A stretch of DNA of 63,712 nucleotides, counting the filler, from Trichomonas gallinae (Eukaryota), in NCBI GenBank assembly GCA_008369845.1. It is 9 parts of 9 records of this genome, joined end to end, with 100 filler letters (N's around TTAATTAATTAA, not from the genome) between each part and the next. Parts side by side here need not be neighbours in the genome. Positions count along the whole stretch, not along the records: positions 43,317 to 45,892 come from MRSU01001371.1; positions 45,993 to 48,046 come from MRSU01001377.1; positions 48,147 to 62,326 come from MRSU01001379.1; 6 more parts are not named here. One strand, written 5' to 3'. Made by a program: the position numbers and the translations under genes. Below are positions 43,503-54,846 of this stretch, piece by piece. The first letter of the stretch is position 1. Each line of letters starts with the position of its first letter. The notes below the pieces were generated by a model that was not told the DNA's origin, made no database searches, and saw only the letters and a program-made list of their open reading frames with translations.

Positions 43503-44504
43503 AGTATTGTAACCTATAGATATCAATTTAATGGGGTTTATAGTCATCACCGTTTTTATTGGAATCACCATGACTTTATTCGAATAATATGAATTTGGAA
43601 TTAAGTCGAATTTTCAATAATGAGCTTTATTGCCGAATTCGTCCAAGAAAGTGACAATTTGTGCATATCCAAATTATTTGGAATTAGGAATAAAGTATAC
43701 AAAATTTGGAATTAAAGAAGCATATTTTGTCCTTTTCAATTTAAAGTATAGTAAATGAATCGAAAATATGATATAATTCTCGGATTTTTGTATCGGAAAA
43801 TTTGTGTAAATTTTGGAAAAAATAATGACACCGGATTTTATTAATGAATTGGCTGCTTCTTCATAAATTGGTATTGTTTAAACAAGAATCGAACACTAAA
43901 TTTTGTTTTTTCATAATTTTTTAATTAAAATTAAAGATTTTCTTTGATAAATGTATATTTGGTCTGACGATAATAATTTTTACTCTGGCAATTTAAACAT
44001 TTTTGATAAAATAAATACTTTTTTGTTGGAACATAATAGTAATTAGGAATTTATTAGTTCATGACGATTACAATTCGTTATTGAATGAATTCACGATATT
44101 TTTAACAATATTTAACAATATGATGATCATTTCATCGTTAAGAAAATAATATATTGTCTGGATTATATTTTTTTGATGATCAATGTTTTTTTTTTTTTTT
44201 TTTTTTTTTTTTGAAAGCGTTCAAAGTTTTGAAAAGAATATTTTGTTTTAATTGAATGAACAAAATTTTGACGATAATGAAACTGAGAACTGAAAGTATA
44301 ATATATTTTACAATTTTATATCTATCAAAAATAAAATAAATTATGGCACAACTATTGAGTTTATCATTATATAGATGTGCAACAATTTCTAAATTTAAAG
44401 TCAAACTTCGCAAAAAAACCTATCAAACGAGTAACGATATTTTTTCAAATTTTCAGAAAGTGTCAAAAATATTCATCTCAAATTTTTTTATCCATTATTC
44501 GTGA

Positions 44505-45892
44505 ATGCTTGCATTTTTCCTTGCTTTCACTTTACAGGAAAATAGAATAAGCAAAATAACTATAGATGATGAAGGTCCATTCGATGGTAAATCAGAACTA
44601 CACTATACAATACATTTTTCACCATATGATCCTGAAGATAGCGATCCAATTGTGATGGTTGTAGTGAGTTATCCAGAGCATGATGACAGCGGTATCTACG
44701 ATTTTATTAATATAGAATCTATAGTTGATGGACAATATCATGGTATTATAACTGGTTTTTCCGATTTTGATCTTTCTGAAGGAGAATATGTTCTTACAAA
44801 TGGTGATGTAAATCATGATAAAAATGGAAATATTGATCAGTTCAGTTCGCCTCCTTTTAAGTATTTTCATGACGAAGTTCTAGAATGCAGAGGATTAGAT
44901 TCATCCAACAAGTATAATGTTCAATCCAATAAGGTCAAAATAAAATGTCCCAAGTATATCAAGGCTGGTCAAGCAAAGTTCATGGCAAGATTTAATAATC
45001 CATCAGATGAATTCAAATACCCTATTACTTCAGATTCAACAGATTCCTCCTTATTTTATGTTGATTTCTCAGGAAACAATGAAGAATTTAATACCCAAGA
45101 TTCTTTTTTAGTCGCATTTATTCGAGGATCTGATGCCAACTGCCAACAACCAATCAATATCAAATTGTACGGCAAGCCAAAGTTGTCTGAATTGACATTA
45201 GCTGACTCAATAGATGCAACAGCTATTCAACCAGGAACAACACTTACATTTACCGTCCAAGTCAATAATGCTGTTGATCCTTCAGCTGGCCACATTAAGT
45301 GTGCTGTATATCATGGCAGCAACTTTCCGACTGAAAGTAGTTTGTCTGATGTTATACATTACAATGCTAATTCGAACAAAATCACATTCACCGTCGATGT
45401 TCCGCCCGGTTCACCGAAGGGATCTGATTACAAGGTCAGAGCTTTGTACTATGAAAAAGATCAAATTAGAAGTGATTCCATTGACTCTGCACCTTTCACA
45501 GTACAAGTAAATTCTATTAAGGACTGCGGTGCCGTTATTGACACCAAGTATAAAGTCAATGATGAAAATGTCAAATTCAAATGCACTATTGAGAAAATTG
45601 GCGGCTACACACTTATGGCAAAGATTGAAGACGAGTCAACTATTGCTGGAGAATACACAATTAGAACATCTGATCTTCAAGAACAAGGAAGTTTTTCACT
45701 TAGTTTGCAAGGCGTTGGCATAACAAAGAGTGGAAATACACAAATCTTCTTCGCTCTTGTCAAAGGTTCTGAAATTGGCGCCAAATCAAGTACTACAGTC
45801 GATTTATACGGCAAGCCAACAATAAATGACTTCCGAATGACTAGTCCAACAGATAAATCTCAAATTAAGAAAGGAATGGATATAACTTACAG
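44505..45892 (+). CDS. 3'-truncated secreted/surface protein with ~213-aa beta-rich repeats
   Basis: Signal peptide MLAFFLAFTL. LYGKP recurs 639 nt apart (45168 and 45807) with flanking similarity (KYNVQSNKVKIKC / KYKVNDENVKFKC). The ORF runs into the linker. Confidence 0.85.
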
Positions 45893-45992
45893 NNNNNNNN
45901 NNNNNNNNNNNNNNNNNNNNNNNNNNNNNNNNNNNNTTAATTAATTAANNNNNNNNNNNNNNNNNNNNNNNNNNNNNNNNNNNNNNNNNNNN

Positions 45993-48016
45993 AGTTCTCA
46001 AGAAGGACATAAGATCTATCGTCGAAAGATCTCTTCCACCAGAGTGCGATAGCAACTTCGATTCAATCATCGTATACCTTGCCAAGGAATAGGCTCGCAT
46101 TGCACTTGCTGCAGAAGTCGACTTCAACAAGGTTCGCAAGCTCCCACTCGAGAAGCGCCATGAAGTTTTCGAAGTCAACAAGTGTGACGAAGAGAGTCAG
46201 ATCCCGTTGAAACAAGAACACAATCGATCAGCTCCGTAAGGAAATAATTGATCCATATGACATCCCAGTAAAACTCGGTTGTGCAGATATTGCCGTCGCC
46301 ATCGAGCCCTGCGGACACACAGTTCCAACAATCTCAGCTTCCTACGTCCCAGTTGAAGAAATGTCTTCAGAACAGAACGCTGTCGTTGAAGACAGACTCT
46401 GCTCCGTCAACTCTCCAGACTTCCTGAAGTTCGCGTTGCTGCTGGAACGCTAAGATCCCGAAGGATCACCGCCGCAAAGCTCACAAGAAGAACTCCAACA
46501 GAACGGTCAGCACAGCTTTACATTGAAGTCGTCATTAAACATCAAAGCACAACTCGCCCAACAATCTGCCGCAACTCCCTTGTCACTGCTGTTTAACCAG
46601 AGCTCGGCGATATCGCAGAGAACCCAATCAACTCCCGCTCTCGCAAGTTCAAGAACAGCTCAGTTCCAAGCTCTCGCAAGCTACAGCCAGTGACAACCCA
46701 GCCACAGAGACAAGTTGCCATTTGTTGCAAGAGCTCCAACACCATTCAGAATGCCACCATCACCAGGAGCATCTGCATATGGATTCCCAGGTGAAGCTCC
46801 ACACATTCAGACATTCATTGGCTCTCTATACAAACTTCCAAGCATGCCAATCGAGATCCCAGAATCGGCCATGTCCGATAAAAACAAGGAGATCGTCAAG
46901 CTTGCTGCCAAGAACCAACAGGAGCAAGCATCGATCCAAGAATCATTCCAGGAGCACTCGATGGTCAGTTGATAGCTATTGCTGCAGAATTTGCCGATCG
47001 CTCAATCCCATCAGTCACCGAACGCTACTTGCCACTCGATTCCCTCGCAAACGAGCAGTACCACTTCGTCGAAGCTCGTGGCGTTAAGGCTCACACGCCA
47101 GACTTCAAGTTCGATGTTGCGGGTGCTGTTCTCGATGCTCTCCTCAACACAGAGATCCATAACAGAGCATTAGAGAAGCTCAACAAGCCACACGCTGATG
47201 CATTCACAAGAGCTATCATCTATTCTGCTGGCAGATTTCTTATCGAGCAGATATCCGCTGCTATCGTGGGCATCAACCCAATTCATAACAGTCACACTAC
47301 AACATTCGCTCTCGGATTCAACGATGATCAGCATGATTACCTTGTCGACATCCTTGCCAACCACACAATCAAGCCAAACTAGAAGGCTCGTGACGAGGAA
47401 ATCCGCAAGACAGTTGGTCAGTCGAACAGAGAACAAGCGAAGCTTCTCTTCCTAAACCTCCACTCGATGCTCAGGCAGATGTCAACGCATTCCTCATCAA
47501 GGGAATCAGAGATGATGAGCTCGCAAAAGTCAACATCAAGCCAGAAGACTTCAACAAGGTCCGTAAGTCATAGCCAAGCACGATGCTCAATCTGATGCTG
47601 CCAAGGAGATTATCAAGACCAAGCCACAAGAAGAGTTTGTCGTCGCCAATGTCAAGTAGCTCAGCCCAATCGAGGGGGTCACCGTCAAGGTTGGCGCTAC
47701 AACATCAGCCTGCGCTATTAGAACAGAAGCAGGCGAAGCTATCGAACTCCTTGTTACACCAGACAAGACATCCGAAATTGATGGACTCATCCAGGCCATC
47801 GCCGAGGAAGTTGCGCGCAAGCAGATCATGAACGAAGCACTTGCCACAATCGACTACACAACTGAGAAGATCCCAGCAGCCAAGCACCGCGAGATCTTCG
47901 CCCTCAACAAGAGCAAAGAGCTTCCAAAGACACCACAGCTCCACACTCGCAGACCACTCCGCTACCGCAGCAGATTCGAGCAAGGCTACCAGCAGGCTAT
48001 GGCTCAGCTCTATAAA
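45993..48016 (+). pseudogene. Disrupted copy of an unknown, originally highly expressed gene
   Basis: About 2 kb with strong CTC/GTC/AAG/TTC/CCA/CGC codon bias on the + strand, broken by several frameshifts and in-frame TAG/TAA codons. DFNKVRK occurs twice. Confidence 0.75.
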
Positions 48017-48263
48017 TTGTCATCATCACTATATGGCTCACCAATANNNNNNNNNNNNNNNNNNNNNNNNNNNNNNNNNNNNNNNNNNNNTTAATTAATT
48101 AANNNNNNNNNNNNNNNNNNNNNNNNNNNNNNNNNNNNNNNNNNNNGCATTTAAAACTAAAAAATCATTATTAATATGGAAATTATTATTAAATATATAA
48201 TCAAAATAGTTCAATATAATTAAAATAAAACAAAATTTGTTGCGTCACTTTTTATTTAACCAG

Positions 48264-49382
48264 ATGGAATACTTCGAAAATCTGGATGTCGATAACTTCG
48301 AATCTCAACATTTTTCGCACACACAGTCACAGAATATGTCTACAGAAGCCCGAATTCAAGCTGTTAACAAAAATATTGAAGATCTTAAAAAATTACGAAA
48401 GCCAAAACGAAGCTTCGGCAGAATTTATTGTATTTTCAATCGAATCGAAAGAGAAAATGATTTCCATGCTATGAATTTTGCTGTGAAAGAGAAATTTTAT
48501 GAAGTCAAAAACAAATGCAGTGGAACAATCGTTGATTATTCAATCATAAAACGTAATCATCAACTTGTTCGTCTCTTCATAGAATTTGGTGTAAATAGCA
48601 ATTATAATTCTGAAGAGATGAGCAATTATAATTATAACGAGATAACTCAAAATTATGATTTTATAAGATTTATTATGAAAATTCAAAATTTTGATGTTAT
48701 TGAGGCTTTGAACTGGGCATCAAGAGAAGGTCATCTAGAAGTTGTCAAACTCCTTCTCACAGTTCCTGGAATAGATGTAAATGCAAAAGGAACTTTCCAT
48801 TGGACAGCTTTGAGTTGTGCTTCTGCAGATGGCCATCATGACATTGTCAAGTTCCTTCTCACAGTTCCCGGAATAAATGTAAACGCTAAAAACAATGAAA
48901 ATAACACAGCTTTGATTTGGGCTTCATTAAATGGTCATTATGAAGTTGTCAAACTTCTTCTCTCATTTCCTGGAATAAATGTAAATGCAATTAACAAATT
49001 GAATAATACAGCTTTGATTTTTGCTTCAAATAGTGGTCATTATGAAGTTGTCAAGCAGCTTCTTGCAGCTCCTGGAATAGATGTTAATTTTAAAAACAAT
49101 TTTAACAATACAGCTTTGATTTGTGCTTCAAATCAAGGTCATCATGAAGTTGTCAAACTCCTTCTCGCAGTTCCTGGAATAGATGTTAACGCAAAAGATG
49201 TTGACAACAAAACAGCCTTGATTCTTGCTTCATATCGAGGTCACTATGAAGTTGTCAAACTCCTTCTGACAGTTCCTGGAATAGATGTAAATGCAAAAGA
49301 CAATGACAACAGAACAGCTTTGTATTTAGCCTCATTTTATTATCATATCGTAAAAATTCTGAGAGATCATGGAGCAAATTAA
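48264..49382 (+). CDS. Ankyrin-repeat protein
   Basis: About 6-7 repeats with a 102-bp (34-aa) period, TALIxAS.NGHxEVVKLLLxVPGIDVNAK. ATG 48264 follows a TCACT Inr-like motif. Confidence 0.95.
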   Translation: MEYFENLDVDNFESQHFSHTQSQNMSTEARIQAVNKNIEDLKKLRKPKRSFGRIYCIFNRIERENDFHAMNFAVKEKFYEVKNKCSGTIVDYSIIKRNHQLVRLFIEFGVNSNYNSEEMSNYNYNEITQNYDFIRFIMKIQNFDVIEALNWASREGHLEVVKLLLTVPGIDVNAKGTFHWTALSCASADGHHDIVKFLLTVPGINVNAKNNENNTALIWASLNGHYEVVKLLLSFPGINVNAINKLNNTALIFASNSGHYEVVKQLLAAPGIDVNFKNNFNNTALICASNQGHHEVVKLLLAVPGIDVNAKDVDNKTALILASYRGHYEVVKLLLTVPGIDVNAKDNDNRTALYLASFYYHIVKILRDHGAN

Positions 49383-49988
49383 TTTATAAATTTTCGCATA
49401 CTGTTGTAGTTTCTGTATGTAACCATTTTGATGAAATTCTCAACAAAATCATGTACATGAATTCTTAATAATAACATAATAAAAAAAATCCTAAATATTG
49501 GATGATACCAAATTGTCACTTTTCAACAAAAATCAAGTAAATCATGTGATGCATTGCTGCATCATATGAGGGACTAATCACATGATCACAAATATGATTT
49601 TCTTGAGATTGCGAAATCTCAGATAATCTTGTCGAAGATATACTATGTTCCACATGTTAATAGACATAACTCACTTAAAAAAATCGGATAATTTTCTGAA
49701 ATGATACAACATCCAAGTAATACTTGCTTTTTATCATGTGACATATTTCTACACCATATGAGAGATGTTTTACATGATCACAGATGTGTACAACCTTGGC
49801 AACTCATGTGTGGAAAAAAAACTACAAAAGTGACAAAACCCCAACATTAGCTATTGTCAAATTTGACATGTAAAGTTGGTACTTTTTGACCCTGAATTTC
49901 CGTTCGCTAATAGCTTTGACTATAAGAGTCAATAAAATCAATTTTTTCGATTGAATTTGTCTGTGAAAAAAAAATATTTTTTAGTCAC

Positions 49989-52166
49989 ATGGAAAACTTC
50001 TATTTGAACTTCCTACTTTATTATTCTTGTCCGGCAATTGTATATACACTGGGTAGGTACTTCAAATGGAAGGAAAATATGAAACAAGTAGCCATTAACT
50101 TGCTATATTTATTATCATTTTGTACTTGGTTCATGTCTTTTTGGAATTATATAGGATTCGAAGACGCATTTATGCACAATAACTTCAATTTTGTCTATGT
50201 AATAATCACAACTCTAATAGCCGCAATTTTTGGATTCTTAATCCACGGAGAAATGACCGTGCATGATATGCTGGATTACAAGGTAGCAAGCAGTAAGGCA
50301 ATACGACTTAAATATTACTATATTACCGAAACAATCTTCTTCACCGTTATTTTATCTTTGCTTACAGCGTTTATGAAAGATGTTTACGAATTATCAGGTA
50401 GAATATACATACGAGAGCTCATATTCATGACTAAACAAGCAGGCGCTTACAAAGGAAATTTCGATATTATTTTCGCTTATCTAGAACACTTTTCTTTGAC
50501 ATTATTCTTACCATCTGCGATAATCATTTACAAATATTACAAAATTAGCAAATTTACTATCAAAATCGAATTGGTCGATATTAAATTCAAGCCTAATTTC
50601 CGTTGGCTCACCATAGTCTATCTTCTTTCATTCATGTTTATATCCAGATGTGTTATTAAGTCAGATACAATAATCACACAAGCATGGTTTGATGCAAATG
50701 CGGTTATTCCGTCTCTTGACTTACTGGACTTTCCAAAGACACTTCCAAATATCATATTTATCGAGTTGGAATCATACGAGTCCGTTTTCGCATCAAAAGC
50801 TCATGGTGGTTATTTGGATGAATCTAGAATTCCAAATTTCGAAAGAATGGCTTTGGATCCAGAGAATGTACACTTCACACAAGGCGACAATAATACTATT
50901 GGAGGTTCAATTACATTAGATCTTACAAGATTTACTACATCATCTCTTTTCGGACAGTTTTGCGGCGTTCCTTTCATGGGTGAGAACTTCAAGTCCAAGA
51001 ATCAAGCTGGTTCTCAAGAATTATATCTATCAGAGCATCAATGCATGTCAGATCTTTTGAAAAAGATGGGATATGAAATCTCGGCTACTTTCGGCAGCAG
51101 AAAAGACGACTGGCAGAAAGGCCTTTTCTTCAGTATGCACAGTTTCGACACAATCAACTCTCACGAAGGCCAGGGCTGGGTTTTCGATAAATACACATTC
51201 CCTAGATTCCAGAAACAAATTGAAAATCACGCAAAATCTAACAAGCCATGGTTCGCTTTTATTTTAACTATAGACACACACGAGCCAAGTTTAATCTGCA
51301 AGGACTGTCCTGATGACACAGAGAAGCTCTACAGATCAACACGATGCACAGACAAAAGAGTCTACAATTTCATACAGTGGGCTAAAACGCATCCATGGTA
51401 TAATAACACCGTAATATTTATCACTGGTGATCATATGTCAAGGCAAAAAGTTACTCGCAACTTAGCAGGCGAAGACAGGTTCAAGCGCAGATCATTCAAC
51501 TTGTTTATAAACGCTAAGCATGGTGAGTATAATAGAACATTCAGAGAATACACTGTCTTTGATTTATATCCGACGGTTTTGTCAGCTGCTGGAATTAAAA
51601 TCAAAGGAGATAAGCTTGGCGTCGGAATCAATTTGTTCTCAAACCAGTCTACTTATTTAGAGAAAATGGGCCACGACGATTTTGTATATGAATTGGAGGG
51701 AACGACTAACTGGTACAACTCAAAATATCTAGGAATGGATAGCACCTGCACAGGAAATGATCCCTGCATGTCAGGAAAGATTTACATTGGCGACTGGAAG
51801 GAGAAAACACTGCAGAAACAAGATGATAAAAAAAGCGACAAAAAAGATGGAAAAGGTGAGACAAAAGATAAAGGAAAGAAGGGACCAGAGAAACCTAAAA
51901 AAGATGACAAAGTAACAGACAAGAAAGATAAGAAAGACGAAAAACCAAATGATAAAAACAAGCCAAAACAAGACAATAAACAGAAGCAGAACAACAAACC
52001 AAAACAGGATAATAAAAACAAGCCAAAACAAGATAATAAGAAACAAAATAATAAGCCAAAACAAAACAATAAGAATCAGGAAAACAAACCAAATCAAAAT
52101 AATCAACAAAAACAGGATAATAATAAACAAAAGCAAGAAAATAAGCCAGATCAAGGAAAGAAATAA
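49989..52166 (+). CDS. MdoB/OpgB-LtaS-like membrane phosphotransferase (alkaline phosphatase/sulfatase superfamily) with K/Q/D/N-rich tail
   Basis: About six N-terminal TM segments, PNIIFIELES, RFTTSSLFGQFCGVP, LTIDTHEP, NTVIFITGDH and FDLYPTVL..AG...LGVG.NLF; low-complexity KPKQDN tail. Confidence 0.88.
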   Translation: MENFYLNFLLYYSCPAIVYTLGRYFKWKENMKQVAINLLYLLSFCTWFMSFWNYIGFEDAFMHNNFNFVYVIITTLIAAIFGFLIHGEMTVHDMLDYKVASSKAIRLKYYYITETIFFTVILSLLTAFMKDVYELSGRIYIRELIFMTKQAGAYKGNFDIIFAYLEHFSLTLFLPSAIIIYKYYKISKFTIKIELVDIKFKPNFRWLTIVYLLSFMFISRCVIKSDTIITQAWFDANAVIPSLDLLDFPKTLPNIIFIELESYESVFASKAHGGYLDESRIPNFERMALDPENVHFTQGDNNTIGGSITLDLTRFTTSSLFGQFCGVPFMGENFKSKNQAGSQELYLSEHQCMSDLLKKMGYEISATFGSRKDDWQKGLFFSMHSFDTINSHEGQGWVFDKYTFPRFQKQIENHAKSNKPWFAFILTIDTHEPSLICKDCPDDTEKLYRSTRCTDKRVYNFIQWAKTHPWYNNTVIFITGDHMSRQKVTRNLAGEDRFKRRSFNLFINAKHGEYNRTFREYTVFDLYPTVLSAAGIKIKGDKLGVGINLFSNQSTYLEKMGHDDFVYELEGTTNWYNSKYLGMDSTCTGNDPCMSGKIYIGDWKEKTLQKQDDKKSDKKDGKGETKDKGKKGPEKPKKDDKVTDKKDKKDEKPNDKNKPKQDNKQKQNNKPKQDNKNKPKQDNKKQNNKPKQNNKNQENKPNQNNQQKQDNNKQKQENKPDQGKK

Positions 52167-52672
52167 TTATATAGATGTTGCTATTGAATAGAATAAATTT
52201 TGTGTAAATTTTCATCATTAATTTCATCCTATACATTATTTCAAATGTTACAACACTGAATTCAATTATATTTTATGTTATTATTTATCAATAAAAAGTA
52301 ATATATGTAAATTATCATTTTGGATTTGAAATTTGAATTTATATCATTTATATTTCAAAATTAGCATTGAATTTATTATATATAAGTTATAATGATGATA
52401 AATCTTATATCAGCAAAAGAAAAACACATTGATTAATAAAAATATAAAAAAAACAAGTCCCGATCATCTGTGCGTTGGGATATATTATACCGCATCTTCT
52501 GTGGTTCTAATTCTTTATAAAAATCATTTCAAAGTTTTGTAATAAAATTCGAAAAAAACAAAATAATGAATAAAACATATGGCATATCTTTTATTATTAA
52601 GACATGTTTGTGCTCATAATGAAAAGTGTAATTTAAATAAAAATATTTCAAATTTTATAATTACGTTTTACA

Positions 52673-53566
52673 TTAAACAATAGCAATGAAAGTAGATACA
52701 TCTTCTGGAATAGTGGTTCTCTTATTAGTGCCAATGAGCCTTGTTAAGCCAATTGCTAGTAATGGAATTAATTCAGTTAAAATAAACTCAATTAAAAAGA
52801 TAAAATAGTATGCTGTATTGAATTCGGATCTGTGCTTGAGATTTCCTGGTGGATTTGTATATAACGAATAAATTGCAATACTAATTGGGCGCATTATCAA
52901 GGAAAAGATAAGTAATGAGCATAGAACAAACAATTTTGTTTCGGGTGAATGAAATCCTGGGCAGCATTCTTCGAATAATTTATATATTTTGACTAAATAC
53001 AATGTAAACATTATCGCCAATATTAAATCTCTTGTTATTGCAACACCCTGTTCAACGCGATGGAATGTTTTCGGATTGATTGCTATCATACATATAAATG
53101 AAATTGAAAAAAATAAAACAATAATAGAAATCAATGTGATCAATATTCCTCTACTCTTATCGTAGAATCCCGTTGAACCCTTTTCGAGATAATCATAACA
53201 TACTGAGCACCATGAAAAGAAAATGAAGCAGTATGCAATAGCAGTAGTATATCCCGGAATGCCTCCTGGTAATACACTGTACTTATCATTGAAGGAATGA
53301 TCTTCCAAAGTAGGTGGATGCGTTAATAAAAATATTCCTGATATAACTAATCCTAAGCATTTAACAAATAGTGCCACAATATAACTTACCTGAGCACCAA
53401 AATGTCCGTGGCCAGCATCTTTTTCGTCGCATGTAGTTTTTATTGTTAAAATAAAATAAATAATGCTAAAAATCATCAAGAGAATACCAAGAATTAGGTA
53501 GGTTATAGAGAAGAGCTTGATGCCTGATGGCGGATAAAGATCATCCGCTGTGGCATTAATGGACAT
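52673..53566 (-). CDS. Seven-TM protein, TOM1/THH1 (GPR137)-like
   Basis: Seven hydrophobic segments. GIPGYTTAIAYCFIFFSW and LTELIP resemble TOM1-family motifs (LPGLLFFSTY.L...W; EILP). Confidence 0.7.
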   Translation of the reverse strand: MSINATADDLYPPSGIKLFSITYLILGILLMIFSIIYFILTIKTTCDEKDAGHGHFGAQVSYIVALFVKCLGLVISGIFLLTHPPTLEDHSFNDKYSVLPGGIPGYTTAIAYCFIFFSWCSVCYDYLEKGSTGFYDKSRGILITLISIIVLFFSISFICMIAINPKTFHRVEQGVAITRDLILAIMFTLYLVKIYKLFEECCPGFHSPETKLFVLCSLLIFSLIMRPISIAIYSLYTNPPGNLKHRSEFNTAYYFIFLIEFILTELIPLLAIGLTRLIGTNKRTTIPEDVSTFIAIV

Positions 53567-54846
53567 CTCTTAGTATTTTTTAAAAAAGAAAGTGAAAGAA
53601 AAAAAAACCTTCTTTCAAAAATTTTATTGCAGAAATATGCATTTTTCATTATGTCTATAGCAAAATATGCAAAAATTCAAAAATTAAAAATATTAAGATA
53701 TTATTATATACCATGATATAGCAATTATAATTACATGATTTCTCATTTTGTGAAGTTTACAATAGAAAATTAAATTCCCAAATTAACTTTAAAAATCATC
53801 ATTTTATTCAATTCTATAAATATTCGTTTCAATAATTCAAAGTTTTATTTCAGGTTGTTTTATCTTTTCTTTAAAACTTATAATATAAGGTTTTTATTGC
53901 CCATGGATTTGATTTATTTAACTAAAATAGAAATTTAGACATTAATTTTACGGGTGTGAAAGAATCATAAAAACTGACGATTTTCTATTTTTGAGGCGAA
54001 AATAATCGTTTGCCATGACTTTGTTGTATCAATTATTTGAATAATAATTCTTTCAAATATCAGCTGTCATTTTATATATAAATAGCAATCTAATCATTAT
54101 ATAGCTATGCTGAATAATTTTGTACAAATTATATTTATTTAGCGATTCCTTCATTATACAATATGAAAGTAACCAAGTATATATAACTGTTGGCAAATTA
54201 AATATAGTTCTGAAGAGATAGAAAACAAATATGATTTGAGAAAGATTGTCGCGATCCAATAATTTGTTGATATTTCAATTCATTATACGATTATCTATAA
54301 TATTATTAAGCAATAAATTTGGATAAAATATATAAAAAATATACGCCACTTTTTGAACGAAGCGCAAAAAAGTGACGGTATATTTTTATTCTTGGGCCTT
54401 CAATTTTGAGTCATTTTAAGCATCTTTATTTCATGATAGAATTATAACCGTTTCAATTCAAAATTGAATGTTCACGAATAATATTTTTTTGATTTATCAT
54501 GAATCGCTAATCAAATGAGTACAATAAAGCACAATATTATAACAACCTATAGGCAGAATATTTGATGATCTAAACGAGTCTTGACTCGAAAATGTGTATA
54601 AATTTACTTGCAGTCAAGTAATATGCATTGAAATCTTTGGTGTATGATTATGAAGTATATACATAAAATAATTAAACAGTTGAACTTAAAATTAATCCAT
54701 TTTAATTTTGATCCTTAAATATTTATCTATAAAACAAAAAATACACTATGGATTCATTTGTACTGGTTGCATAGATTAATTATATGATGTTATTCGGTTA
54801 AATAAACAAAAACAATTTAATACTAAAAAAAAAATACAGGATAAAA

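Noticed and set aside
45993..48016. TAG/TAA read as Gln (alternative genetic code or readthrough)
   Set aside because: Some stops fall at plausible Gln positions (KE*AR vs REQAK), but several frameshifts also break the frame, and other genes in the window end normally at TAA/TAG.
48700..49330. Regular 102-bp repeats as a CRISPR-like array
   Set aside because: They are in-frame ankyrin repeats with no unique spacers and no cas genes.
49989..52166. Bacterial contamination as the source of the MdoB-like gene
   Set aside because: It shares a contig with clearly eukaryotic genes, has host-like composition and flanks, and shows no operon context.
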